DNA from: an uncultured delta proteobacterium
Lineage (GTDB): Bacteria > Desulfobacterota > Binatia > UBA9968
Assembly: GCA_963728565.1 (NCBI GenBank)
Contig: CAVSLC010000019.1
Span: 64,001-128,000, forward strand
Reading direction: 5' to 3'
Length of the DNA: 64,000 bases
Below the pieces are notes generated by a model, which worked only from the letters and a program-made list of their open reading frames with translations, had not been told where the DNA came from and searched no databases. A program made the translations under genes and the position numbers. Positions 55,114-64,000 of the stretch are shown here, piece by piece (the stretch's first letter is position 1; each line of letters begins with the position of its first letter).

Positions 55114-56622
55114 TTATAATTTACCGTCTGCGGAAATCGGCTTTCTTACGAGAGCTCTGGCGCGTTGCCAAAGATTTCTTTTCAGAGAGTCCTGGACCAT
55201 CTTGAAACGTCCCTTGAGGGTAAAGAGATAGTAGTCCTCGGTTCGCTTTAGGTAAACTTCACGGCCGATCTTCAGGTGTCTGCTTTCTTCTCCCTGCGCC
55301 AAGATCAGGCGACCGTTCTGTTCCCGAACCAACGCCAGCGCCAGCGGCGGCAAAAATCCGTCCGGGGTGACATAAAGGATCGTGAAGGTTTCGATCACGC
55401 CCTCGTTGCTCATCGGCATCTTCGCCTGGCGGCTCTTCGCGACTTGTCGAGCGGGCTGCGGAAATCCAGGAGTGCGCGGCAACGATGCGTCAGTGCGCTC
55501 GAGAATGGTGACGAAGTTATTGCTGGCAAGACCGCCGGTGCTCTGTGTCAGGCCTCGGTTAAATTGACGTTTTGAAGCGCTCTCGCCGCGCAGCCTTTTC
55601 ACCGCTTCGACGATCTGCGCGAGTCCGCTCGCCCCAACGGGATGCCCGCGCGCTTTCAAACCGCCTGACGGGTTTATCGGCAACCGTCCGTCGCTTGCGG
55701 TGACGCCTTCCAAGACCGCATCGCCGCCTTTGCCTGGGGCAAAAAACCCTAGATCTTCGGTGGTGATAATCTCGAAGGGGGTGAACGCATCGTGCACCTC
55801 GGCAAACTCGATTCCCTGCGGCGAAGTCTCAGCCATCTGATAGGCGCGCGCCGCCGCCATCCGGGTGGCCGGAAATGAGGTAAAAATCTCTCGTCCTCGC
55901 AGGCTGAGCGGGCCGGTTCCCTGAGCGACGCCCGCCAACCGCACGTCTGTTTTTTCGCAGGTAAGCACGACTGCCGCGGCGCCGTCGGTAATCGGCGAAC
56001 AGTCATAAAGACGCAGCGGGGTGGCGACGTACTTGCTCGCCAGATAGGTCTCGCGGCTGATCGGCTTCTGAAATTGCGCCATCGGGTTATGCGCGCCATT
56101 GCCGTGATTCTTCACCGCGACGGCGCACAACATCGTTTCCAACCGGGACTGTGACAGATTGAATTTCTCGCGATATTTTTCAGTAATCATCGCCGCCAAC
56201 GCCGGCATGGTGGCGCCGCACTGGCGTTCCTCTTTGTCGATGACGCCGGCCAAAACTCTTGTGGTCGCGCTGGTGCTCAGGTGGGTCATCTTCTCACCGC
56301 CGAGAATCAGAACCCGGCGGTAATAACCCGATGCCACGGCTTGGAAACCGGCTTGAATCGCCGCCGCTCCGGCGGAAGACGCAGTTTCGATACGCACCGC
56401 CGGAATCCCGGTTAACCCAAGGGCGTCGGCAATGTGCGAAGCAATATTGCTGTCACCGGTAAATTCCTCCGGATTCATGACGCCGATATAAATTGCGTCC
56501 ACTTCCTGTATTTCGCAAGAGGTTAGCGCCGTTTGAGCCGCGTCATGGCAAATCTCGGCCAACGACCTCGGATCCTTGCCGAACTTCGTCATACCGATTC
56601 CGGCGACATAAACCGATTGCAT
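55114..56622 (-). CDS. Thiolase-like (SCP-x/archaeal type) protein fused to a C-terminal DUF35-type OB fold
   Basis: G.GMTKFG, GGEKM, DCSPITDGAAA, EVHDAF, INPSGGLKARGHPVGASG; tail EGVIETFTILYVTPDGFLPPLALALV. Confidence 0.85.
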   Translation of the reverse strand: MQSVYVAGIGMTKFGKDPRSLAEICHDAAQTALTSCEIQEVDAIYIGVMNPEEFTGDSNIASHIADALGLTGIPAVRIETASSAGAAAIQAGFQAVASGYYRRVLILGGEKMTHLSTSATTRVLAGVIDKEERQCGATMPALAAMITEKYREKFNLSQSRLETMLCAVAVKNHGNGAHNPMAQFQKPISRETYLASKYVATPLRLYDCSPITDGAAAVVLTCEKTDVRLAGVAQGTGPLSLRGREIFTSFPATRMAAARAYQMAETSPQGIEFAEVHDAFTPFEIITTEDLGFFAPGKGGDAVLEGVTASDGRLPINPSGGLKARGHPVGASGLAQIVEAVKRLRGESASKRQFNRGLTQSTGGLASNNFVTILERTDASLPRTPGFPQPARQVAKSRQAKMPMSNEGVIETFTILYVTPDGFLPPLALALVREQNGRLILAQGEESRHLKIGREVYLKRTEDYYLFTLKGRFKMVQDSLKRNLWQRARALVRKPISADGKL

Positions 56623-56630
56623 ACAACACA

Positions 56631-56658
56631 ATTATACTGACCAAGGCGCTAATTCCAA
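56631..56658 (-). promoter_or_regulatory. Sigma-70-type promoter directly before the thiolase ATG
   Basis: TTGGAA-N16-TATAAT, then 8 nt to the ATG; no Shine-Dalgarno. Confidence 0.5.
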
Positions 56659-56857
56659 GTGAGTGGTACAGCGCATCGTCGCAATTGAATCGGAATAGAT
56701 TGAGTTCGAAGGAAGCTCTAAACCCAAGCAGCGCGGCTGCTGATGAGAATTTCTGCGCGTTGGGTCGTGAAATGCCGCTGGGTCGTCGAAGAATCTTCCT
56801 TTGGTGACAGAACGGCGCAGGTTCAGCGATTTACGTTGGCTGAGATGAAAAAGGCAA

Positions 56858-58714
56858 TCAGTGAGGAAGAATTTGGCTTAACTGGAGGATCTGATCGCGG
56901 GTTTCGATAATTTTATTTCCGATCCTGTCGGCGCCGGCATCGGTCAGCGCGTTGCTATTGTCGGTTCGGCCACCCCATCGACCGACGATAAGTTTGCTGT
57001 CGGGAAATCGCGTGCGTAATCGTTTGCACAGGTATCGCGTTTGAGCTAAGCCGCCAGGCGGCAGCGAAGCAAGACAAACCAAAGCAGGCTTTTTCTCGGC
57101 GATCTGGTCGATAATCTCGGCCGCCAGCAGCTCATCGGCAATAATCTCAAGTTCATAACGGAGAGGATCGAGTAACTGTCGAAGCATCAGCAAAGACAGC
57201 TCGTCGGCTTCATCGCGAACCGGACAGCCCATGATGTGGACCTTGGACGTGTCCTCCGGAGTTGGCGTTGCCGTTGCCATTTCCGCGGAGGCTGCCGGCA
57301 ACGACCCGTGTTCCGTTTTGAAGACGTCAAGATCCTCGATTATCTGGCGGGTCGCTTGCAAAACAAATTGTTGCTCGTTGTCCGCCATCCTACCGAAGGC
57401 GAAATCTCTCTTGAGATAGTTCAACGCAGGCACCAGGAGATCGTCAAAGATCTGCTCTTTAGGATGTGACTTTAGGTGCTCTTCGACTATTTCCGCCGCT
57501 TCGTCCTGATCCATGGCGAGCAGTCTCTGATAATAGCTGATGCTTGGCTCGATCACCGGCTCGTCGCTCATCAGAACTCCGATGAAATCCAATTGAGGCA
57601 TATATTTGCTGATTACGACAACGCAGACTGTCAGCGGCGTCGAGAGAACAAGACCGATGGGTCCCCAAAGCCAAGTCCAGAACGCAACCGCTATGAGAAG
57701 ACCGACTTCAGATACGCCGGCGCTTTCACCGTAGAGGAGAGGCTCCAGAATCATATTGTTGATCAGTTCTAGGACAATGATCGTCGCGATCACCAGGAGC
57801 GGCCAAGTCCACCCTGGAAAAACCGCCATGCTAAGGACGCTCGGCAGGAGCGCCGCGGCAACGGGTCCGACATAGGGAATAAACCGCAGTACCGCAGCCA
57901 AGAATCCCCACAGGAACGCGTAAGGCAGGCCGAACAAGTAAAGCGCGATGCAGACCGCGATTCCAAATGACGCGTTGATTATTGATTGCATGAGCAGATA
58001 GCGGCTGATTCGCTGCGCCGCTTCTTCGAGAGCCTTGGTGGTAATCGTCAGCCGACCATAACCGACCAGACGGATCAGACGATTGCGCAGGTTTTCGCGT
58101 TGGATGAGCATAAAAATCACCAGCACGATCACCAGGCCGCTTGAAGCCATCCGTTCCAACATCGGCGCGGTGGCCAAGGGCATCGGCCAGAACGTCGACG
58201 ATTCCTCAGATTGAACGACAACTTCGCGGGGCTTTGATGCGGCCGCTGCCGGCTCGTCTTTGCTAAATTCTTCTTTCACTTCTTCGGCAGTCTCGCGGAT
58301 CTTCTCGAGAGCCCCTCCCTTACCGGCGCCGCGTATATCGCTAATCTTTTCTCGGATGTTGCTTCTATAGGTCGGCAACTCGTTGGCGACGCTGGTCAGC
58401 TGAACAGTCACCAGCCAACCGATTGCGGCGAGCAGCGAAAATGCCAGAACGACGATAATCATCACCGAAGCCAGTCGGCCCAAGCCCACCCGTTCTAAAG
58501 CATCGGCAACCGGCGTTAATAGAAACGTCAGCAAGATCGACAGCGCAACCGGGATTAGAAACGCTTGCCCCCAATAGAGCGTGGCAATGATTAAAACTAG
58601 GGTTGGAAGAATTAGTACCGATGGCAATTTGTCGCCGCGGACGGCACTAGCCCGAGCAAGACTACCTCGCGGCTTCGGACCTCTTGCGCCGGACGTTTTG
58701 TTGAAAGTGCTCAA
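56858..58714 (-). CDS. AI-2E family transporter with C-terminal four-helix and B12-binding-like domain
   Basis: LIPVALSILLTFLL.P, LRFIPYVGP, EPLLYG, WLWGPIGLVLSTPLT; C-terminal YQRLLA.D..EA, DEL...ML.QLL Rossmann-like region. Confidence 0.85.
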   Translation of the reverse strand: MSTFNKTSGARGPKPRGSLARASAVRGDKLPSVLILPTLVLIIATLYWGQAFLIPVALSILLTFLLTPVADALERVGLGRLASVMIIVVLAFSLLAAIGWLVTVQLTSVANELPTYRSNIREKISDIRGAGKGGALEKIRETAEEVKEEFSKDEPAAAASKPREVVVQSEESSTFWPMPLATAPMLERMASSGLVIVLVIFMLIQRENLRNRLIRLVGYGRLTITTKALEEAAQRISRYLLMQSIINASFGIAVCIALYLFGLPYAFLWGFLAAVLRFIPYVGPVAAALLPSVLSMAVFPGWTWPLLVIATIIVLELINNMILEPLLYGESAGVSEVGLLIAVAFWTWLWGPIGLVLSTPLTVCVVVISKYMPQLDFIGVLMSDEPVIEPSISYYQRLLAMDQDEAAEIVEEHLKSHPKEQIFDDLLVPALNYLKRDFAFGRMADNEQQFVLQATRQIIEDLDVFKTEHGSLPAASAEMATATPTPEDTSKVHIMGCPVRDEADELSLLMLRQLLDPLRYELEIIADELLAAEIIDQIAEKKPALVCLASLPPGGLAQTRYLCKRLRTRFPDSKLIVGRWGGRTDNSNALTDAGADRIGNKIIETRDQILQLSQILPH

Positions 58715-59042
58715 TCAGTGGTCCTTCTCAGAGGTTCTAAAAACCAGACATCCGCATTTTTGGCCGCGAACTCGTCGAGCCTCAGTTGATTTACAGCACG
58801 GGCCTCGTCTGCACAAGGCGGTTACCTTCCAGCATACTTGACCGCGGGCACGATATCGGGCCGGTAAAAAGTGTGACGGCAGCGCCAGTGAGTGGACGGA
58901 GCCTTCTCTCGGCGTGAGTACTCGAGAAAGGCGCACGGCCGTCAATTTAGCCTGTGCTAGTGAATTCATTGATCGTTGTCCTTGATAAGGCAGGGGCATG
59001 CCAAGCGGGAATTGTCGTTCCACTACGAAGGGGAGCGCGGCG

Positions 59043-60534
59043 TTAACGAGCTGCGCCAAGCCGAGCGGCCTCACGCCTGATCAGATCAAAAGCCTTCGCC
59101 AGGTGACGCTCAGTGGTTAGGATGTTGCCGACGGCTAGCCGCATTGCAAGATGGCCATTTAATGTGGTGTAGGTCAGATAGGCTTTGCCGGTGCGATTGA
59201 CTGCTTCGACGAGCCGTCGATTAAGAGCTATTAAGCTCTTGGTCCACCGCCGGTTTAGTTCCAAGCCCATGCGGCGCTATGCGGAAGCAGACCACAGCCA
59301 TTGTCACCGGCGCTAGCAGCTGGAACTCCGGATCGGCATCGAGCCAGGATGCGAACAAGCGCGCCAGGCGAATGTGCTCCCGGATCCGAGCGGCAAGCCC
59401 TTCGGTGCCGAAACTGCGGATAACCATCCAGGCCTTGAGAGCGCGAAAGCGGCGGCCAAGCTGTATGCCGTAGTCCATATAGTTGCGCTCGGCCTGTCCG
59501 GCATCGCCGCGCAGGTACTCGGGGACGAGCGAGAAGGTCGCGCGCAAGAGTTCCGGCCTTCTGAGGTACAGCGCGCTGAAGTCGAGCGGGACGAATAACC
59601 ATTTATGCGCATTGACTACAATGGAGTCAGCCGCCTCGACTCCCTTCATCACGGAACGACCTTCCGGCAAGAGAGCCATCGCTCCACCATACGCCGCGTC
59701 AACATGCAGCCATAACCGGTGCTCGTCACATAGCGCGGCAATTTCATCGACCGGATCGACGCTGGTTGTCGAAGTTGTGCCGACGGTGGCAATGACTGCC
59801 ATCGGCAGCAGGCCGGCGCGCAAGTCCGTGTCGATGACGCTGCGGAGCGCAGAGACGTCCATGCGATAGGTCGTCTCGCATGGCACGCGGCGCACATTTT
59901 GTTCGCCGATGCCAAGGGTGATAGCCGCTTTCTCAACTGAGCTGTGCGCCTGATCTGAGGCATAAATCCGCAATCCAGGAACGTCGGGCCGCCCGCACAA
60001 ACCGCGCGCGCGGACATCGAGACCGAGATTCTCACGCGCAGCTGCCAAGGCATGCATGACAGCTACTGAAGCGGTGTCGTAAACGACACCTGTATAGTCC
60101 ATGGGAAGGCCAAGCATCTGGCGCAGCCAGTCGAGCACCACGGTTTCAAGTTCGGTTGCGGAAGGCGAGGTGCGCCACGTCATCGCACTGACATTGAGTG
60201 CTCCCATCAGCATTTCGCCCAGGATTCCCGTAGCCGTTGTCGTCGAGCCGAAATAGCCGAAGAACGCAGGATGTCCCCAGTGCACGACGCCAGGAATTAT
60301 CGATTTTTGAAAGTCTCGAAAGATATCACTGAACCGTTCGGGAGCCTCGGGCGGAACTTGCGGCAGCCGAGCGCTGATCTCGCCAGGCGCAATGTCTGGC
60401 GAAATTCTCAGCTCTTCGATGCTCTCACGATAGTCTGCCACCCATTCGGCAACCCGATGCAGAGCTTCGCGGAACTCCGCGGCTGGCATGTCTCCGAGCT
60501 CGGCGAAACCTGGCGCATCATTGCTGTCGAGCAT
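59043..60534 (-). CDS. PLP-dependent group II (aromatic L-amino acid-type) decarboxylase (frameshift near 59230)
   Basis: HWGHPAFFGYF, SP.ATELE, SDQAHSSVEKA, GTT, HVDAAYGG, NAHKW (PLP Lys), LGRRFRALK; C-terminus in ORF 59043-59270. Confidence 0.92.
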
Positions 60535-60568
60535 CGTTAGCTCCGGTTGATTTTAGTCACCACTGGGT

Positions 60569-61616
60569 TTAGTCCGGGCGCGGCGGATTCGTGAAAGGAT
60601 GCGGCTTTCGCATAAACGAGCGCCCCCCGCTCCATGCTCGCCCGGTTCCCTTGGATAACAATTGCTCGCCGAACGGGTAGCCGCCGTGAACCAATCGCCA
60701 GTACAGCGCCCAGTATACGCTCAGTGAACGCTCCAATAGCCAGAGCGGCGCGTAGAGGATCACATGAGCAGGAAAAAAACGATACGCTTGATCGCCGCAA
60801 CAGGCCGCGGCCGGCAACGACCGCCGCGCACGTCGATACTACGAAAAGGAACGCCAGCGCAGCACCCGTGCCACTGAACACCGCAAGCGCGAGCGCCGCG
60901 GGTAGCAGGGACATAAACAGGAGAGTCTTGGCGCGCATAATGAAGTCTTCGTAAGCTTGACGCGGACGTTGCTCGAACCATTTGCGCAAGGTTGGGGGCC
61001 GCTTCAGGATAAAAAAATCGAGCGCGTAGCAGACATCGGCTCCATTTAAGATGAAGTGGCGCACGATCTCTTCATTGTCAAACAAGACGTCCCCGTCATA
61101 GTGGCCGAAGCGCACGAAAGCGGAACGGCGAAAGGCGCAGGTGCCTGGATAATCTCCGGTCCACAGAACGCCTCGATTGATCAGCATCCGCGCCGCCTCT
61201 GTCTTCCCCCACCATGGTAGCGGCGCCAGATAGTTCTGCGGCCTCACCATATCGTGCCGCTTAAGCAGCGCTAACGCGCGCCGGATATCTTCGGATGTAT
61301 AACGGATGTCGTCATCGGCGAGAATGATGCTCTCGCAGCTCGCGAGGTCAACGCCGGTGTGGACGCCATTCACTTTGCCATTGAGATAAGTGTACCTTCG
61401 ATCCACTGGAACGTGGCGGCACAGCTCGCGCCAGGCGTGATCGTGCCGTGCGAAGATCTCAGGAGAAGAGCCGTCCACAATAAGGACCTCGCAGTCTTCA
61501 CGCGCAAGCTTACCGAAGTATTCCGCCAAATCATCAACCTCCCGGTGCAGCGCGTCTATCCGACGGATCGGCAGGATATACGTGCAACGAAAGGCGCCGG
61601 ACTCAGCGTGGCTCAT
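60569..61616 (-). CDS. GT2-family glycosyltransferase with C-terminal TM helices (frameshift in the A7 run near 60775)
   Basis: ILPI, IVDGS, NGKVNGV, ADDD, LFDNEE, QRPRQAYEDF; corrected C-terminus FFPAHVILYAPLWLLERSLSVYWAL. Confidence 0.85.
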
Positions 61617-62779
61617 GCCGCACTCTGGCGCAGAGTTCGTTGATGCGCCGCTTCGACTTCCGCGGCCCGCGCCGATCGAGCGACGCCTGCGCCGGAACGC
61701 TCGCTGATCAACTTCTGTTGATCATAACCGAGCGTGATCTCCCAGGCTTCCGCCGGATATCTCGCCGCCAGCGGCAACGCTATTTCGTAAAGCATCCACT
61801 GCCCGTGCCGCTTATCTTCTCTGATATGCAGCTCCCAGTAGCCGCGAGCGGCTTTTGGCAACATGAGCCGCTCGGCCGCCGCGCGATAATTATCGAACGC
61901 GGCAGGAACTGAGATTTCGGTGTAGAGCAACCCGCCCACGTAGCGCAAATAAAACCGTTTGCGTTCCGACAGCAGGAAGCTGTGGTTGATGCCCGCGAGC
62001 ACCTCCCACGGAACCAGGTCGAAATAGGCCTCCGGTTCTGTGCGCATCTGGAGCTCGCTTAGCATCGCGGTAAAAAAAGTAGAATGCTTACGATTGAGCT
62101 TCCCGCCGCCGTACTCCTCGACCAGGACGCGCGTCAGCATTGAGTGTATGTCGTTTGAAACTCCGCCAAGGGTGCGCGACAGCTGGCTCGCTTCGACCAA
62201 GCCATCCAGAGATGCGATGGCCAGGAGGCGCCGATAACCGATCTGACCCATATGATCTCGAAAATAGAGGCCGGTTGTGGACAGCGGGGGTGAGACATCG
62301 TATGCCGCGCGCCGCCGCAGCGCCTCGTCTACGTTCTCACCGCTGAGAGCGGCCACATCCAAGAACGAGAGTTCCCATGCTTGCCAGGCCTGCTCAATCC
62401 TTGCTCGCAGCTGATGCAGATAGGCGGAGCGTTCACTATCGTAATTCTGAAGATCGTCATACCAGAAAAGTTTCAGACGATTGATCCGGTAAAGCACTCG
62501 CTGCAAGAACAGCCGGGCACTCTCGTCAGCTTGGCTCGAATGCGACTTGACGCCCTTATCACCGGCCGAATAGATCGAACTTAGCGCTTTCTCAACTGTG
62601 GCTTCGAATAGCCGAACGGGCGCAGGGCGGTCTGTGACGTAGTGGTCCAGGCACTTCGATTTTATGAGTGCGGCAAAGCTCTCTTCCGCTTCTGCATACT
62701 CTGCTGGCAATATTTGCTTTTCCATCGCGGCATACCTCGAGCGCGCGCAGTTAATGTATTCGGCTTGTTCACTCTGCAT
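61613..62779 (-). CDS. Heme-oxygenase-like diiron oxidase (iron-containing redox enzyme family)
   Basis: LVEASQL, EEYGGG....KHSTFF, GGLLYTE, YWELHIREDKRHG (H-x3-D-x2-H) ligand set; SD GGAGG. Confidence 0.85.
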   Translation of the reverse strand: MQSEQAEYINCARSRYAAMEKQILPAEYAEAEESFAALIKSKCLDHYVTDRPAPVRLFEATVEKALSSIYSAGDKGVKSHSSQADESARLFLQRVLYRINRLKLFWYDDLQNYDSERSAYLHQLRARIEQAWQAWELSFLDVAALSGENVDEALRRRAAYDVSPPLSTTGLYFRDHMGQIGYRRLLAIASLDGLVEASQLSRTLGGVSNDIHSMLTRVLVEEYGGGKLNRKHSTFFTAMLSELQMRTEPEAYFDLVPWEVLAGINHSFLLSERKRFYLRYVGGLLYTEISVPAAFDNYRAAAERLMLPKAARGYWELHIREDKRHGQWMLYEIALPLAARYPAEAWEITLGYDQQKLISERSGAGVARSARAAEVEAAHQRTLRQSAA

Positions 62780-62948
62780 TCATCGCCTCCCTTGCCGCTC
62801 GATAAAGCTTGTTCTTGCAATATAGAAAGCCGCGGTGGCTTTTATCCTCACGAATTCCTTCGATGATTGCCGGTTCCGCTTTGTCGAGGCGGACGCATGG
62901 CTTCCGCGCCTTGCTCGACGCAGCGCGAGAGCAGAACGCAGCTCCTTA

Positions 62949-63149
62949 TCATCGGATACGCAATTTACGAAGGTGTAGGATCATAGGTTGAAGAGCGGGC
63001 GATGCTCTTTCAACGATTCCTGCTTCGGAGGTATCAGCCTGATCAAGCAGATTCTGCAGCGCCGTCAGCTTGATCTCGGCGGGCAATCCGACAAGGAACT
63101 CAGGCAGGTTTGTTAAACCCCTACGATCCTCAATCGTTCCAGAGTGCAA
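62949..63149 (-). CDS. Possible small hypothetical protein or gene remnant
   Basis: Amphipathic stretch LPEFLVGLPAEIKLTALQNLLDQAD, but no clear start or SD. Confidence 0.25.
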   Translation of the reverse strand: MHSGTIEDRRGLTNLPEFLVGLPAEIKLTALQNLLDQADTSEAGIVERASPALQPMILHLRKLRIR

Positions 63150-63533
63150 GATTCACGCCCGCGTCGCTCATGAAGTTCGAAAGTTGCCTTCGATCCAGTT
63201 GCCCTGAACTTTCTTATGTCTCAAGAAACCAACTTGAGGCACGAACCGCAGCTGTCTTCGGCAGCGCTGCTCGGATCATGCGTGCCCTCCTTCTGAAATG
63301 CGACCGTGTAGCGTTCCTGGGATAGGGTATCGATAACGGATGTTCCAGATTCGCACAGTAATCGGTTGTGACTAGATGGAAAATAGAAACGCCTCAAATG
63401 TCGTGCAAGGCACCAGCAGTCGATCGGTCGAATGAGGTCACGAATGACGAAGACACTCGCGCGCCGTTTGGAGCGCAATCGAAGTGACCTCAGCTGCTCA
63501 ACTACGATGCAGCGTTGGCAGCCCGCCAGCGGG

Positions 63534-63549
63534 TGGCATTCGTTTTGCT
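63534..63549 (+). promoter_or_regulatory. Sigma-54 (-24/-12) promoter upstream of glgX
   Basis: TGGCATTCGTTTTGCT with exact GG-N10-GC spacing, about 120 bp before the ATG. Confidence 0.65.
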
Positions 63550-63670
63550 GAATCAAGATGTTCAACCAGCATAGATTCCAACAAAAAATCGAAGCATCAC
63601 CGTCGAATGACACCGAGGCACGCTCCAGTCTCCGGCTGATCATTCGAAAGCACCGCGTGGGAGTTGTGTA

Positions 63671-64000
63671 ATGAAGCTTTGGCCGGGGAATAATTATCCT
63701 CTAGGCGCGTCGTATGACGGCGCCGGTACGAATTTTTCAGTTTTCTCCGAGGTAGCCGAACGAGTCGAGCTCTGTTTGTTCGATGAACAGGGAAATGAGA
63801 CACGTTGCGACCTTGCGGAGACAACCAGTCTTTGCTGGCACGGCTACCTGCCTAACATCGTTCCTGGTCAACGTTACGGCTTCCGCGTTCATGGACCCTG
63901 GGCTCCAGGAGACGGCATTCGCTGTAGTCCGGCGAAACTGTTGCTCGATCCCTATGCGCGGGCAGTCGAAGGCCAAGTGAATTGGAATGAAGCAGTGTTC
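63671..64000 (+). CDS. glgX: Glycogen debranching enzyme (N-terminal part; runs off window edge)
   Basis: Not in the ORF track. MKLWPGNNYPLGASYDGAGTNFSVFSEVAERVELCLFD...WHGYLP...GQRYGFRVHGPW...KLLLDPYARA. Confidence 0.95.
   Translation, partial: MKLWPGNNYPLGASYDGAGTNFSVFSEVAERVELCLFDEQGNETRCDLAETTSLCWHGYLPNIVPGQRYGFRVHGPWAPGDGIRCSPAKLLLDPYARAVEGQVNWNEAVF

Noticed and set aside
58988-59003. Sigma-54 site TGGCATGCCCCTGCC upstream of the AI-2E gene
   Set aside because: GG-to-GC spacing is one base short; it would need an assembly error to be real.
58715-59074. 119-aa ORF between the decarboxylase and the AI-2E gene
   Set aside because: No recognisable motifs and it overlaps the decarboxylase end; probably spurious.
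62816-62833. Sigma-54 site CGGCTTTCTATATTGCA upstream of the HDO gene
   Set aside because: Spacing is one base too long and the -24 match is weak.

Overview
A 64-kb bacterial chromosome segment. Gene content and order (gatCAB, rnhB-yraN-serS, tilS-ftsH-folP-cdaA-cdaR-glmM-pdxJ-nnr-tsaE-lysC-cimA-cysE-mnmA-mtaB-rnc, plus orphan NMT1-type binding protein, OCD, DUF6282 and DUF748 genes) suggest a deltaproteobacterial-grade organism such as Candidatus Binatia; this is an inference. I found one tRNA-Ser(UGA) and no CRISPR array, rRNA or recognisable transposase. About 17 frameshifts, mostly single-base insertions and including housekeeping genes, look like long-read assembly errors, so split ORFs were rejoined by hand. 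Best leads: (1) a glutaredoxin-like selenoprotein missed by the ORF track (in-frame TGA in a U-G-P-C motif plus a SECIS-like hairpin, 17713-17955); (2) a tightly packed heme-oxygenase-like diiron oxidase + GT2 glycosyltransferase + PLP aromatic amino acid decarboxylase operon (59043-62779) that resembles an uncharacterised small-molecule pathway; (3) an SdhA-like flavoprotein with altered active-site motifs paired with a stand-alone [2Fe-2S] domain; (4) a thiolase-OB-fold fusion lacking both catalytic cysteines. Non-coding leads include a palindromic 9-mer array, a structured leader upstream of folP and two sigma-54 promoters. All calls come from reading motifs by eye; no searches were run.
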